Shown: positions 7,636 to 17,015 of the stretch, in pieces
Position numbering within the stretch: position 1 is the stretch's first letter
Layout: each line of letters begins with the position of its first letter
Virus record (IMG/VR): IMGVR_UViG_3300005327_000002
Coordinates: 16,092-80,091 of that record
DNA from: a virus
Reading direction: 5' to 3' (one strand)
Length of the DNA stretch: 64,000 nt
Position numbers and translations under genes: made by a program
Notes under the pieces: model-generated
Told to the model about the DNA's origin: nothing
Seen by the model: the letters and a program-made list of their open reading frames with translations, nothing else
Database searches by the model: none

Positions 7636-9807
7636 TCACTTCTTCGTGGACCGGGTGGAGACGGCGGCGCTGGCGGCCAGCCCGGCCGCCGCCGACGTCT
7701 TGCCCGTCTTCAGGACCGGGGAGGACTTGCCCCCGGGGCCCACGGCCACGAACTCCACTTCGTAGGTGGTGTCCGCGTCCAGTCCGGTGAAGGTGTGGCT
7801 GGTCGAGCTGGCGCCCTTGGCGGTCACCGCCGACCAGGTCCCGGTGGAGGCCGGGGTCCGGTACCGCAGTTCGTAGCCGGTGATGTCTCCTCCGGTGGCG
7901 GGGGCGTCCCAGGTGGCCGTCAGGCTGGAGGATGTCGGGGTCCCGACGGCCGCAGACTCGGGGGAGGCGGGCGCCTCCGCCGCCGGAGCGGTGGGCGGGG
8001 GCCCGTAGCAGGGCCCCGGGTTCAGCGGGTACTCCGCGAAGCCGCCGGAGACGCCGCCCGGGCAGAACGGCACCTTGAAGGCCGCGATGGGCCCGCAGCG
8101 GTAGGCCACGCAGTACATGTCCTCCGCGAACAGGCGGATCTCCCGGTTCTGGGACAGGAGCGCCTTGTCGTGCACCATCTCGATCTGGACGGACGGGCCG
8201 TTGATCGCCACGAAGGCGCCCGCCTTGTACATCATGAACTCGAAGCTGGTCGGCCAGGCGGTGACCGCCCCGGCGGCGCCGATCGCGTCGTCCTGCCAGT
8301 CCCACACGAACTGGGCGCGGATGCCCCGGGAGAGCAGGTACCGCTGCAGGTCGGCGTCGGTGATGTCGTAGCGGGAGCGGTCCCAGCCGCCCTTCTTCGA
8401 CAGGTCGGCGCGCATGATCCCCAGCGCGAAGCGCGGGAAGACGGCCTCCAGGGTCGTGTTCAGCGCCAGGCGGCGGCGGGTGCGGATGTGCTCCGCCTGC
8501 AGCTCCACGAAGGAGAGCAGCGACTCGAACGCGCCCGGGCCGTGGGTGGCCCAGTCGGTCGCACCGGCGCCGGTGGTCATGTCGGTGTACGCGCCGCTGG
8601 TCGCCTTGATCTTGTTGTAGACGGCCCGGATGCGCTTGGCGTTCAGGGACCGCTGGTGGGCGATCATCAGTTCCGCGATGGCCCGCTGAACCTGGGACGG
8701 GTCGATGCGGGCCTGCAGGATGCCGGTCTCCAGGCACAGGGAGCAGGCGGTGAGGCGGCACTCGTCCCAGCCGTCGGGGCAGGGGATGGAGACGCACGGC
8801 TTGTTGACGGCCACCGGCGGGTCGTCGGTGGTCATCATGTCTTCGGTGAAGCAGTACGACCGGTAGAGCGCGCTGTAATCCGTGTTGTGCGGCCACATGA
8901 CGCCGCCACGGGTGGTGACCATCGTCGGGAGGTCCAGCATCGCGTCCAGGCTGCCCTCAATCGGGCACAGCTCCGTGCGGATCTCCATGGGCCCGCACCA
9001 GGCCCAGCCGACGGTGGCGGCGGTGAGCGCGTTCATCTGCGCGGTGGGCAGCACGCTGGAGGCCGACAGGCCCGGCACCGAGTTCATGCGCTTCAGGAGC
9101 GCGGCGGCCAGGGAGCCGCCGGGCATGGAGAACTCGTCGGCGGCCGCGTCCATGCGGTGCCAGTCGCGCATCTCGTCCGCGATCAGGTGCGTCTCCGGGA
9201 CCTGGCGCTGCAGGGAGACGACCGGGACCTGCCGACCGGCGCCGGAGCGGGCCAGGGTCCGGGAGCGGGAGATGACAGCGGCGGTCAGGTCCGTCATGGA
9301 CCCGATGGTCTGGCCGGAGAAGAAGCCCGGCAGGTCGCTGGAGGCGACCATCTGAATGGCCTCCCGGCGCACCACCGGCAGGCTGGCGCCCTGGTGGCTG
9401 ACCACGGTGCCGGTGTGCACGGAGCCGCCGGAGGCCGCCACGGTGCCGGAGCCGCCGGTGCCGTCGGACAGGACCTTCGTGGAGGCGATGCGCTCCGCCA
9501 GCTTGGCGGCGTGCTCCGCGCGGGCGGCCTTCTCCCGCTGCTCCTCGATCGCCTCCACCCGGACGGAGATCGCGTCGGAGATGTCCGCCAGAAGGGCGAA
9601 CTCCACCAGCGCCTCCGGCGTGATGTCGGAGGCCTCCGGGTTCACGTTGCGGGCCTTCTCCGTGACGGCGGCGGTCACGGCCGTCAGGTCCACGGCGGAG
9701 TTGGACAGGATCTCCGCCAACAGGAGCTTGCGGGCGTCGGCCTGGTCTTCGGGGCCCAGGTCCCCGTCTACGTCACGGAGTTGCGTGAGGATGTCGTCCA
9801 GAGTCAC
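7636..9807 (-). CDS. Major capsid (hexamer-type) protein with N-terminal scaffold-like region and C-terminal FN3 domain
   Basis: LTAA..WCGP.E, LDLP..RGG, EAVFP, QFVWDWQ, L..N..LFAED; FN3 signature LTATWDAP..ITGYELRY..TGLDADTTYEVEFVAV. Confidence 0.85.
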   Translation of the reverse strand: MTLDDILTQLRDVDGDLGPEDQADARKLLLAEILSNSAVDLTAVTAAVTEKARNVNPEASDITPEALVEFALLADISDAISVRVEAIEEQREKAARAEHAAKLAERIASTKVLSDGTGGSGTVAASGGSVHTGTVVSHQGASLPVVRREAIQMVASSDLPGFFSGQTIGSMTDLTAAVISRSRTLARSGAGRQVPVVSLQRQVPETHLIADEMRDWHRMDAAADEFSMPGGSLAAALLKRMNSVPGLSASSVLPTAQMNALTAATVGWAWCGPMEIRTELCPIEGSLDAMLDLPTMVTTRGGVMWPHNTDYSALYRSYCFTEDMMTTDDPPVAVNKPCVSIPCPDGWDECRLTACSLCLETGILQARIDPSQVQRAIAELMIAHQRSLNAKRIRAVYNKIKATSGAYTDMTTGAGATDWATHGPGAFESLLSFVELQAEHIRTRRRLALNTTLEAVFPRFALGIMRADLSKKGGWDRSRYDITDADLQRYLLSRGIRAQFVWDWQDDAIGAAGAVTAWPTSFEFMMYKAGAFVAINGPSVQIEMVHDKALLSQNREIRLFAEDMYCVAYRCGPIAAFKVPFCPGGVSGGFAEYPLNPGPCYGPPPTAPAAEAPASPESAAVGTPTSSSLTATWDAPATGGDITGYELRYRTPASTGTWSAVTAKGASSTSHTFTGLDADTTYEVEFVAVGPGGKSSPVLKTGKTSAAAGLAASAAVSTRSTKK

Positions 9808-9954
9808 GTGGACGCGCCCCCCTTCATGGTGATGGGTCGGGTACGTGGCTCGCCCGGCCCAGAGTCACCAGCGGCGCGTCCGCCTTACATGGTAGGCCGG
9901 ATTCCGCATTTCTGGCTGATAGTGATGGGTGATAGCGCTCTGTATTCTCGGGAT
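9808..9954. promoter_or_regulatory. Divergent promoter region between the capsid and portal operons
   Basis: Lower-GC intergenic stretch; TATTCT 6 nt before GTG 9955. Confidence 0.5.
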
Positions 9955-10275
9955 GTGGTCGAAATCATCCTGATCGTGACACTTGCGACATTGGCGACAG
10001 CCCGTCTGAACCGGCTGATCACCACCGACCGGATCACCAACAGGCTGCGCACCTGGGCCACCCGCCCGCGCGACCCGCAGGACCCCTCCCAGGGGGCCCG
10101 CCACCCGATGCTGGGATACCTGGTCACCTGTACCTGGTGCGTCGGCATCTGGACCGCCGCCGCCACCACCGCGTACGCCTTCGCCCTCACCGGCTGGCCC
10201 TGGCCCTGGTACCCCCTGGTGCTCCTGGCCGCCGCCTACGCCTCCGCCCTGCTGGCCACCCACGCGGAGGGCTGA
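9955..10275 (+). CDS. DUF1360-like membrane protein
   Basis: ARLNRLITTD.I, LVTCTWCVGIW and hydrophobic helices. Confidence 0.75.
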   Translation: MVEIILIVTLATLATARLNRLITTDRITNRLRTWATRPRDPQDPSQGARHPMLGYLVTCTWCVGIWTAAATTAYAFALTGWPWPWYPLVLLAAAYASALLATHAEG

Positions 10276-10278
10276 CCC

Positions 10279-12180
10279 GTGCGCCGTCCAGCATCACCCG
10301 GCCGCCGTCTCACGGCCTCCTCCATGCTGGACCCGCGCAGCGTCGGCGGGATCATCCCGACCCGGGGTGAGGGCAGCAGGCCCTGGGACCTCTACCGGCA
10401 GGTGCCGGAGCTGCGCTCCGGAATCCAGTGGCTGGCCGCCGCGATCAGCCGGGCCGACCTGTACGTGGCCCGCATCGAACCGGAGGGCCCGGTCCGGGAG
10501 GACGATCCGGAGATCACGTGCGTGCTGGACGAACTGTTCAGCACCGGCCCGTCCATGTCGGACATGCTGAAGCGGATGATCCTCCACCTGGAGTGCCCCG
10601 GGGAAACGTTCCTGGCGCCCTGGGTGGACGACCGGATGGGCCGGGTCTGGTCGGTGGCCTCCGCGAAGGAGCTGCGCTCCAACGGCTCCGGGCAGGTCGA
10701 GTACCAGCGGGACCTGAACGTGTGGGTGCCCTGCGACGGGAAGGTGGGCCGGATCTGGCACGCCGACCCGGAGGAGGGCTGGCGCGCCGACTCCCCCGTG
10801 GTCGCCATGGAGTCGATCCTGCACAACATCATCTCCCTGACCGCCCGCCTGACCGCCATCGGCCAGTCCCGGGCGGCGGGCAACGGCCTGCTGGGCATCG
10901 CCGACACCCTCTCCGTGCAGTCGCCCGCCAGCGAAGGCGTCAACCCGATCCACAGCCGCGACATCGCCACCTCCCTGGAGGACGCGATGGTGGCGCCCAT
11001 GACGGACCGGGGCCTGGCCTCCTCCGTCGTGCCGCTGCTCCTGGTCGGCCCGAAGGAGGACCTGAAGGACGGCATCATCCGCGTCAATTTGGCCTCCGAC
11101 CTGGACGCGCAGCTGCCCGACCAGCTGGACCAGGCGCTGCGCCGACTGGGCATCTCCCTGGCCATCCCGCCGGACGTGCTGACCGGCCTGGGGGAGGTGA
11201 ACCACTGGTCCGGCGCGGTCATCCTGGAGGAGGCCGTGCAGGTCGCGGTGGAGCCCCGCACCGACACGGTGTGCGCGGCCTTCACGTCGATGTTCCTGCG
11301 GCCGCACGTGGAGAAGCTGGGCCTGGACCCGGCGTCGTACGCGGTGCTGGCCGACCTGATGGACCTCACCGTCAAGCCCGACAAGTCGCAGTCCGCGATG
11401 ACCGCCCGCCAGCAGGGCCTGCTGACGGACGAAGCCTGGGCCCGCTACAGCGGCTTTGAGGAGTCCGACGTGCCGAAGGGCAAGGACCGGGAGCGCATCC
11501 TGCTGGAGCGCGTCATGCTCGCCGACCCGACCACCGCGCCGTTCATCCTGCCGAAGCTGGGCATCAGCGTGCCGGGCCTGACCGCCGCGCCGGTGCAGGC
11601 CGACCCGGAGGAGGACCTGCCGACGGCCGGGGACGTGGAGCCCGCGCTGGACACCGTCGCGCCGCCGGAGCGGCTGCCCACGCCCGGCCAGGGCGGCCGG
11701 GTGCTCCCCTCCCCGTCCCCCTCCCCCGAGATCGCCCCGCCGGACGCCGCGCACCGCACCCAGCCCCTGACCCGGGCGGCGCTGGCAGCGTCCGTGCTGA
11801 CCGACCCGGAGGCGGAGGACGACGCGGCCAACGACGTGGAGGAGCAGGTGGTCACCGCCGTGGAGGCCTGCGTGCTGGCCGCCCTGGACCGCGCGGGGGC
11901 GCGCCTGCTGCGCTCCCACTCCCGGTCCCACCGGGCCGGGCTGCGGGAGGTGCCGAACGCTGAGATGCACCTGCACCTGCCGGTCACCGCGTCACTGAAG
12001 GCGCACATGCTGAAGGGCGCGTTCGCCCCGTGGGAGCAGTCCATGCCGCGCCTGGCACTGATGGCCGACTCCTACGTGGGGTACCTGCTGGACAATCGCG
12101 TCCGGCACTCCCGGGAGCTGCTGAAGGAGACCCTGTACCGGCTCTCCGACCACTGGGACCAGCAGGGAGAGGCGGCCTGA
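10279..12180 (+). CDS. Portal protein (cluster B-like)
   Basis: LTASS, W..Y.VPELR..W.A..SR, RIWH.DP..ADSP, SR..GNGLL, NHWS. Confidence 0.85.
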   Translation: MRRPASPGRRLTASSMLDPRSVGGIIPTRGEGSRPWDLYRQVPELRSGIQWLAAAISRADLYVARIEPEGPVREDDPEITCVLDELFSTGPSMSDMLKRMILHLECPGETFLAPWVDDRMGRVWSVASAKELRSNGSGQVEYQRDLNVWVPCDGKVGRIWHADPEEGWRADSPVVAMESILHNIISLTARLTAIGQSRAAGNGLLGIADTLSVQSPASEGVNPIHSRDIATSLEDAMVAPMTDRGLASSVVPLLLVGPKEDLKDGIIRVNLASDLDAQLPDQLDQALRRLGISLAIPPDVLTGLGEVNHWSGAVILEEAVQVAVEPRTDTVCAAFTSMFLRPHVEKLGLDPASYAVLADLMDLTVKPDKSQSAMTARQQGLLTDEAWARYSGFEESDVPKGKDRERILLERVMLADPTTAPFILPKLGISVPGLTAAPVQADPEEDLPTAGDVEPALDTVAPPERLPTPGQGGRVLPSPSPSPEIAPPDAAHRTQPLTRAALAASVLTDPEAEDDAANDVEEQVVTAVEACVLAALDRAGARLLRSHSRSHRAGLREVPNAEMHLHLPVTASLKAHMLKGAFAPWEQSMPRLALMADSYVGYLLDNRVRHSRELLKETLYRLSDHWDQQGEAA

Positions 12181-12181
12181 C

Positions 12182-14839
12182 ATGGCGAAGGAGATCGTCC
12201 TGGAGCCCGTCGGGGAGGACGACCTGACGGAGGCCTTCACGGCGGCGCTGGAGCAGTGGCTGGCCATCGCGCGCGGGGACAAGGCGGCGCCGGTGGTGCG
12301 CTCCTCCTTCGCGGCCAGCGCGAAGATCCAGCAGCGCACGGTGCGCCGGTGGCTGGACCACGGGTCGCTGACGGCGGCGGTGTCGTGGCCCACCGCGCGG
12401 ATCTGGCGGGCCCTGGTGGACGACCACGTCCTGCCGGTGTCCGACCGCCTGTACCGGGCGGCGGCCAGCACCGTGGACGGGACGCTGCTGCAGACGTTCC
12501 TCACCGGGGTGCGCTGGCGGCTGACGGAGGTGTCCACGCTGCTGGACGACATCAAGGCCGCCTACCGCCAGCACGGGGAGGCGGCCCTGGACATCGACTG
12601 GGGCGGCGCCGACGGCACGTCCCTGCCGTGGCGCAGCCGGGCGTCCCTGACCGGCCAGAACGAATCCCAGGTCACCGGCATGCAGGCCGGGGTGGATTCC
12701 GCCCCAGTGGGGGCCATGAAGCGCTGGGTGACCCGGGGTGACGACAAGGTCCGGGCCACCCACGTCAAGGCCGGGCGCTCCGACCCGGTCCCCGTCGGCC
12801 AGCCGTTCAGGGTCGGCGGCCACGACCTCCAGTACCCGGGGGACCCGGCCGGTCCGGCCTCCGAGACGATGCGGTGCCGCTGCCACGCCGTACTGGTGCC
12901 GCCCGCGCCCACCGCACCACCGAGAGAGAGCAGGAAAGCCGCCATGACGGTGGACCACATCACGGCGGCCGTGTCCGCCGACCTGAAGGCGCCGTTCGCG
13001 CCCCGGGACACCTCCTGGGACTCCCAGGCCGCCAAGGACGCGCTGCGCACCTGGGCGACCACGGACGGGACCCTGGACGAAGACAAGCTGGCGCAGGGGT
13101 ACCTGTGGCGCTCCGACGGCCCGCCGTCGGACTGGTCGCTGCCCGTGGCCACCGTCCGCGACGGCCAGCTGCAGCTGGTCTGGGACGGCGTCACGGCGGC
13201 GGCCGCAGCCGCGCAGGGCGCCCGCACCCCGCTGGCCCTCCCGGCCGCCGACGTCGACCGGATCAAGGCCGCCATCAGCACGCTCTACAAGCGCGCCGGG
13301 CAGGAGTTCGGGGACGACTCCCTGGAGGCCCCCTGGGACCGGCAGACCGCCGCCCTGGGTCCGGGCCTGGACGTCGTCATGGCCGCGCTGCGCACCGCGC
13401 CGGGCCTGGAGCTGGACCTGCTGGCCGCCGCGCAGGCGCGCCTGGAGCAGGACCGCCGCTCCGAGCTGGCGCAGCAGGAGCGGGCACTGATCGCCTCCGC
13501 GCTGGGGGACGCGATCAAGGCCGCGCCGGAGTGGACGCCCCCGGCGGCGTGGTTCCTCGCCCCGGACGGTTCCCAGAAGGAACTCATCTCCCCGGAGGGC
13601 CGGGTGGCGGGGTACGTCGCCACGTGGCTGGACGACCAGGGCAATCCGACCTGCCACACCGGCTACGCCTCCCAGGGGTACTGCGAACCGGTCCCGCGCG
13701 GGGGCGACTACTCGTACTTCCACCAGGCGAACGTGGTCCTGACCCTGGACGACGGAACCCAGGTGCACCCCGGCCTGCTGACCACCGACATCGGGCACGG
13801 CTCCCCGGCCGCGCAGTCCGTGGACGCCCAGGCCGCGCACTATGACAACCCGCTGGCCATCGCGGCCGCCGTGGTCGTCGGGGAGGACGAGAAAGGCATC
13901 TGGATGGCGGGGTCCGTCCTGCCGGACGTCCTGCAGGACGCGGACCGGCTGCGGCGCCTGCGCCTGGCCTCCGTCTCCGGGCACTGGGCGCCGACGATGC
14001 CCGGCGGCCCCATGGACATGATCGCGGTGACGGCCGTCAACCACCCCGGCTTCGCCCAGCGCAGCCGGGGGCGCTACGCCCTGGCCGCGTCGCTGGCGGC
14101 CGCGCTGCAGGGCGACGACCAGAAGTACGCCACCGCGCTGCTGGACGTCCTGGAGCAGGCCCTGGTGCTGTCCTCCAACTACCTGGAGTCGGGCGCCGGT
14201 GCGGCCTCCGGCATGGCGGAGCTGGCGGCGGAGGTGCTGGAGAACGTCGGGGAGGCCGTGGCCACCCTGCAGGAGTGGACCAGCGGCGCCTCCCCGGAGG
14301 GCGACGCGCCGCCGGAGGACATGGCGGCGTCCGGCCGCACGCTGCGCGCCCAGGCCAAGGCCCAGATCCGGGTCCTGGCCACGCTCCTGGACCAGCTGAC
14401 CGACCCGCAGGAGCAGCTGGCGCCGGTGATCCCGCTGCAGGCCGGTGGCGACGGCTGCGGCTGTTCCGGGGCGGCTCCCGAAGGCGCTCCGGCGTCGGAG
14501 CCGGTGGCGGCCTCCGGCGGCGCGCTGGCGGCGCTGCCCGACGGCCTGGAGCCGGAGCTGGTGGCCGCCGCCCGCGCGGCCCTGGCGGAGCTGGCGGACG
14601 CCAAGGCCCTGAAGGCGGCGTCCGTCCCGGACCAGGTGACGCTGCCGAAGTGCCTGCAGATCCTGTCCGACTACCTGTCCGAGACCGGCGCGGACTCCCC
14701 GCAGCAGTCCCGGGCGGCGGCGGTGAAGGCGGCGGAGTCCATCTGCCGCAGCGGTGAAGTGATCGACGCGGCGCTGCGGGCCAAGGCCTGCCGCCTGCTC
14801 TCCGAGTACCGGGTGAAGTCCGGTGGAAAGGCGGCCTGA
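12182..14839 (+). CDS. MuF-like minor head protein fused to capsid maturation protease
   Basis: KRWVTRGDDKVRATH..LQYPGDP..CRC (MuF); GRVAGYVATW..CH, YSYFH, HYDN, GED..GIW, VSGHW (protease). Confidence 0.8.
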   Translation: MAKEIVLEPVGEDDLTEAFTAALEQWLAIARGDKAAPVVRSSFAASAKIQQRTVRRWLDHGSLTAAVSWPTARIWRALVDDHVLPVSDRLYRAAASTVDGTLLQTFLTGVRWRLTEVSTLLDDIKAAYRQHGEAALDIDWGGADGTSLPWRSRASLTGQNESQVTGMQAGVDSAPVGAMKRWVTRGDDKVRATHVKAGRSDPVPVGQPFRVGGHDLQYPGDPAGPASETMRCRCHAVLVPPAPTAPPRESRKAAMTVDHITAAVSADLKAPFAPRDTSWDSQAAKDALRTWATTDGTLDEDKLAQGYLWRSDGPPSDWSLPVATVRDGQLQLVWDGVTAAAAAAQGARTPLALPAADVDRIKAAISTLYKRAGQEFGDDSLEAPWDRQTAALGPGLDVVMAALRTAPGLELDLLAAAQARLEQDRRSELAQQERALIASALGDAIKAAPEWTPPAAWFLAPDGSQKELISPEGRVAGYVATWLDDQGNPTCHTGYASQGYCEPVPRGGDYSYFHQANVVLTLDDGTQVHPGLLTTDIGHGSPAAQSVDAQAAHYDNPLAIAAAVVVGEDEKGIWMAGSVLPDVLQDADRLRRLRLASVSGHWAPTMPGGPMDMIAVTAVNHPGFAQRSRGRYALAASLAAALQGDDQKYATALLDVLEQALVLSSNYLESGAGAASGMAELAAEVLENVGEAVATLQEWTSGASPEGDAPPEDMAASGRTLRAQAKAQIRVLATLLDQLTDPQEQLAPVIPLQAGGDGCGCSGAAPEGAPASEPVAASGGALAALPDGLEPELVAAARAALAELADAKALKAASVPDQVTLPKCLQILSDYLSETGADSPQQSRAAAVKAAESICRSGEVIDAALRAKACRLLSEYRVKSGGKAA

Positions 14840-14840
14840 C

Positions 14841-15074
14841 ATGGCTGGTTCGTGCTGCGGAGGAGGCGCTGCGGCGCCCCGTCCGGCGGTGTCCGTCCCG
14901 GGCGGCGGCTCCGGCCCGCTGGTGACGCGCCACGGCGTGCTGGAGTGGGTGCACATCTCGGCGGGCGGCGCGGAGTCGTTCTACGCCAGCGCGGCGGAGG
15001 TGGACTCCGCCATTGAGCTGTTCGGCGGGAGCAAGGACCACCGGCCCGCCCCCGGGTCGAAGCCGACCGCGTGA
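14841..15074 (+). CDS. Small head-module protein with N-terminal CC motif
   Basis: Starts 1 nt after the protease stop; MAGSCCGG. Confidence 0.6.
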   Translation: MAGSCCGGGAAAPRPAVSVPGGGSGPLVTRHGVLEWVHISAGGAESFYASAAEVDSAIELFGGSKDHRPAPGSKPTA

Positions 15075-15109
15075 CGGGGCGCCAGCGGTAGCATGCCGCC
15101 AGCAACCCG

Positions 15110-15140
15110 GGCCCCCGGCCGCGATCAGCGGCCGGGGGCC
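15110..15140 (+). terminator. Stem-loop after the portal operon
   Basis: GGCCCCCGGCCGC...GCGGCCGGGGGCC. Confidence 0.6.
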
Positions 15141-15167
15141 TCCCACGTTCGGCAGCAGGAGAAGCAC

Positions 15168-15695
15168 ATGGACGACCGGCCGGAGAACCTGGTGCACAAG
15201 CTGATGGACCACGTGGCCGTCCAGGCCGTCGGCGACGCCATGCCGCTGGTGGGCCAGCCCGCCACCCAGGAGGGGAAGCTGGACTGGGACAACCCAAGCG
15301 CGGTCTACCTGCAGCTGGACACCCAGGTCCGCATGATGCGCGACCTGACCCGCATCCCCGGGGAGAAGCTGGCCGACCCGGACTACCGGCTGCGCACCCA
15401 GGCCGCCCTGCAGTGCCTGGGTGCCGGGTACCTGCTGCTGCTGTCCGTCGACTCCGAACCGGGCTCCGCCGCCCTGGCGTCCGGCGGCACCGTGGGCGAC
15501 CTGACCGCGCTGCACGGCCTGCGCTACCGCAACCTGGCACGGACGCTCCTGGACCACGAAGTGGAGTGCCCGGGCCACGCGGAGCCCAGCGGCCTGCGGG
15601 TGGCGGTGGACCTGCACGTGGAGAACGTGCCCGGCGGTGCTCCGTCCGGGGGAGTCCCGGGCCGGACGGACGGCGCGGACGGCGGCTCCCGGTAG
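15168..15695 (+). CDS. Hypothetical protein
   Basis: AGGAG RBS; GC3 bias. Confidence 0.7.
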   Translation: MDDRPENLVHKLMDHVAVQAVGDAMPLVGQPATQEGKLDWDNPSAVYLQLDTQVRMMRDLTRIPGEKLADPDYRLRTQAALQCLGAGYLLLLSVDSEPGSAALASGGTVGDLTALHGLRYRNLARTLLDHEVECPGHAEPSGLRVAVDLHVENVPGGAPSGGVPGRTDGADGGSR

Positions 15696-15719
15696 GGTCG
15701 GCACCGACGCACCACGCGG

Positions 15720-15757
15720 CGAAGGCCCGCCCCGACGGACATGGGGGCGGGCCTTCG
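15720..15757. terminator. Bidirectional terminator
   Basis: CGAAGGCCCGCCCC...GGGGCGGGCCTTCG between convergent genes. Confidence 0.75.
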
Positions 15758-15768
15758 TCGTGCGGGCG

Positions 15769-16095
15769 CTACAGGGACTGGACGACCAGGTGTCCGGCGC
15801 GGTGCAGCAGGGCCAGGTGGTGGCGCAGCTGGTCCTTGTGCTCGCTGGGCGGGCCGTCCGGGTGGGTGCAGCCGGTGCAGCCGAAGCGCGCCCCGGCGGG
15901 CACCCAGAACTCCAGCAGGTCGGCGTGCTGGCGGGCCAGGTGGGCCGTCAGCCGCTCGAAGGCCGACAGGGCGCCCTGGTCGGGACGGCCCGGACCGGCC
16001 AGCCGGGGCGGGTACTCCAGGCGCAGCAGGAGGGCGGCGTGGCCCTTCTCGCACTCCTCGCAGCCCTGCGCCCAGCGGACCGGAGCGGCGCTCAC
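15769..16095 (-). CDS. Hypothetical metal-binding protein
   Basis: CEEC, HxxxxH, CTGC, HxxxH; GTGA overlap with the upstream gene. Confidence 0.6.
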   Translation of the reverse strand: MSAAPVRWAQGCEECEKGHAALLLRLEYPPRLAGPGRPDQGALSAFERLTAHLARQHADLLEFWVPAGARFGCTGCTHPDGPPSEHKDQLRHHLALLHRAGHLVVQSL

Positions 16096-16616
16096 CGGAC
16101 GGCCTCCGCCCGGGCCAGCCGGACGTGGGCGACGTCGTCCACCATGTCGAACTCCAGCGTGCCGTCCTCCCGCCAGACGTCCACCTGGTGGTTGAAGGCG
16201 ATCATGTGGACGCCTCCCTGGACCTCCATCACCCAGTGCTCCAGGTCCTGCACGGTGGTGAAGCCCCGGGGGTCGGCGTCCGGGAAGTCGGGGTCCTCCG
16301 GCTGGTCGAAGTACGCCCGGATGACCTTCTGCGCCTGGGCCACCTCCTGCCCCTTCTCCAGGGAGAACAGCTGCAGGGCCCGGGTGATCTCGGCGCCGGG
16401 CTCCAGCAGGAAGCCCCAGAAGTCCTCCACGGCGCTGGTCGGGCGCAGGACCCTGCCGCCAGTGCTGCCGGGCTGGGGCGCGATCCACACGCGGTGGGTG
16501 GTGTCGACGTAGGCGACGGGGTGGGAGCTGTATTCGCTCCATCCGCCCTGCCGGTGGGGGTTGACGACGACGAAGCGCCAGTCCGGCATGAGGATGGCGG
16601 GGGTGGGCTGGGTCAT
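16092..16616 (-). CDS. Hypothetical protein
   Basis: GAAGGA RBS; GC3 bias. Confidence 0.7.
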   Translation of the reverse strand: MTQPTPAILMPDWRFVVVNPHRQGGWSEYSSHPVAYVDTTHRVWIAPQPGSTGGRVLRPTSAVEDFWGFLLEPGAEITRALQLFSLEKGQEVAQAQKVIRAYFDQPEDPDFPDADPRGFTTVQDLEHWVMEVQGGVHMIAFNHQVDVWREDGTLEFDMVDDVAHVRLARAEAVR

Positions 16617-16674
16617 GTCGGTGATCCTTCCGGTTCGATCGGTCGAAGTGCTGTAGTCGGTTGGTGACAGCGTG

Positions 16675-16944
16675 TCAGGCGGTGGGGGTGTCGTCGGCGG
16701 GCTTGGCGAACTCCGCCGTGTAGCGGGCCAGCCACCAGCCCAGGAACTCCACGGCCTTGTTCCGGGCCGCCTGCTCCGTCTGGAAGCGCTGCTGGGCCAG
16801 GCGCAGGGCGGCGCGGCCGGGCAGCTTGCAGTCCAGGACGTACATTCCGCCGGGGTCGCGGGTGGTGGCGTAGCCGACGGTGAACATCTCGGTGGTGCCG
16901 AGCGTCCCCACGGTCGTGTTGCGGGTCTTCGTCCAGGCGAGCAT
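16675..16944 (-). CDS. Hypothetical protein
   Basis: GAGAGGG RBS; GC3 bias. Confidence 0.65.
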   Translation of the reverse strand: MLAWTKTRNTTVGTLGTTEMFTVGYATTRDPGGMYVLDCKLPGRAALRLAQQRFQTEQAARNKAVEFLGWWLARYTAEFAKPADDTPTA

Positions 16945-17015
16945 GTGCGTGCCCTCTCGGGTCGGTGGCGGGCCCCCGGCCGGGCGGCCGGGGGCAGTGG
17001 TGCGATCGTGCCGGG

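Noticed and set aside
11984-14956. Long ORFs antisense to real genes (e.g. 11984-14956, 39073-41514, 31293-33947, 59173-61452, 52862-54730)
   Set aside because: Shadow frames expected at this GC content; Arg/Gly/Pro-rich with no motifs, opposite genes with clear families
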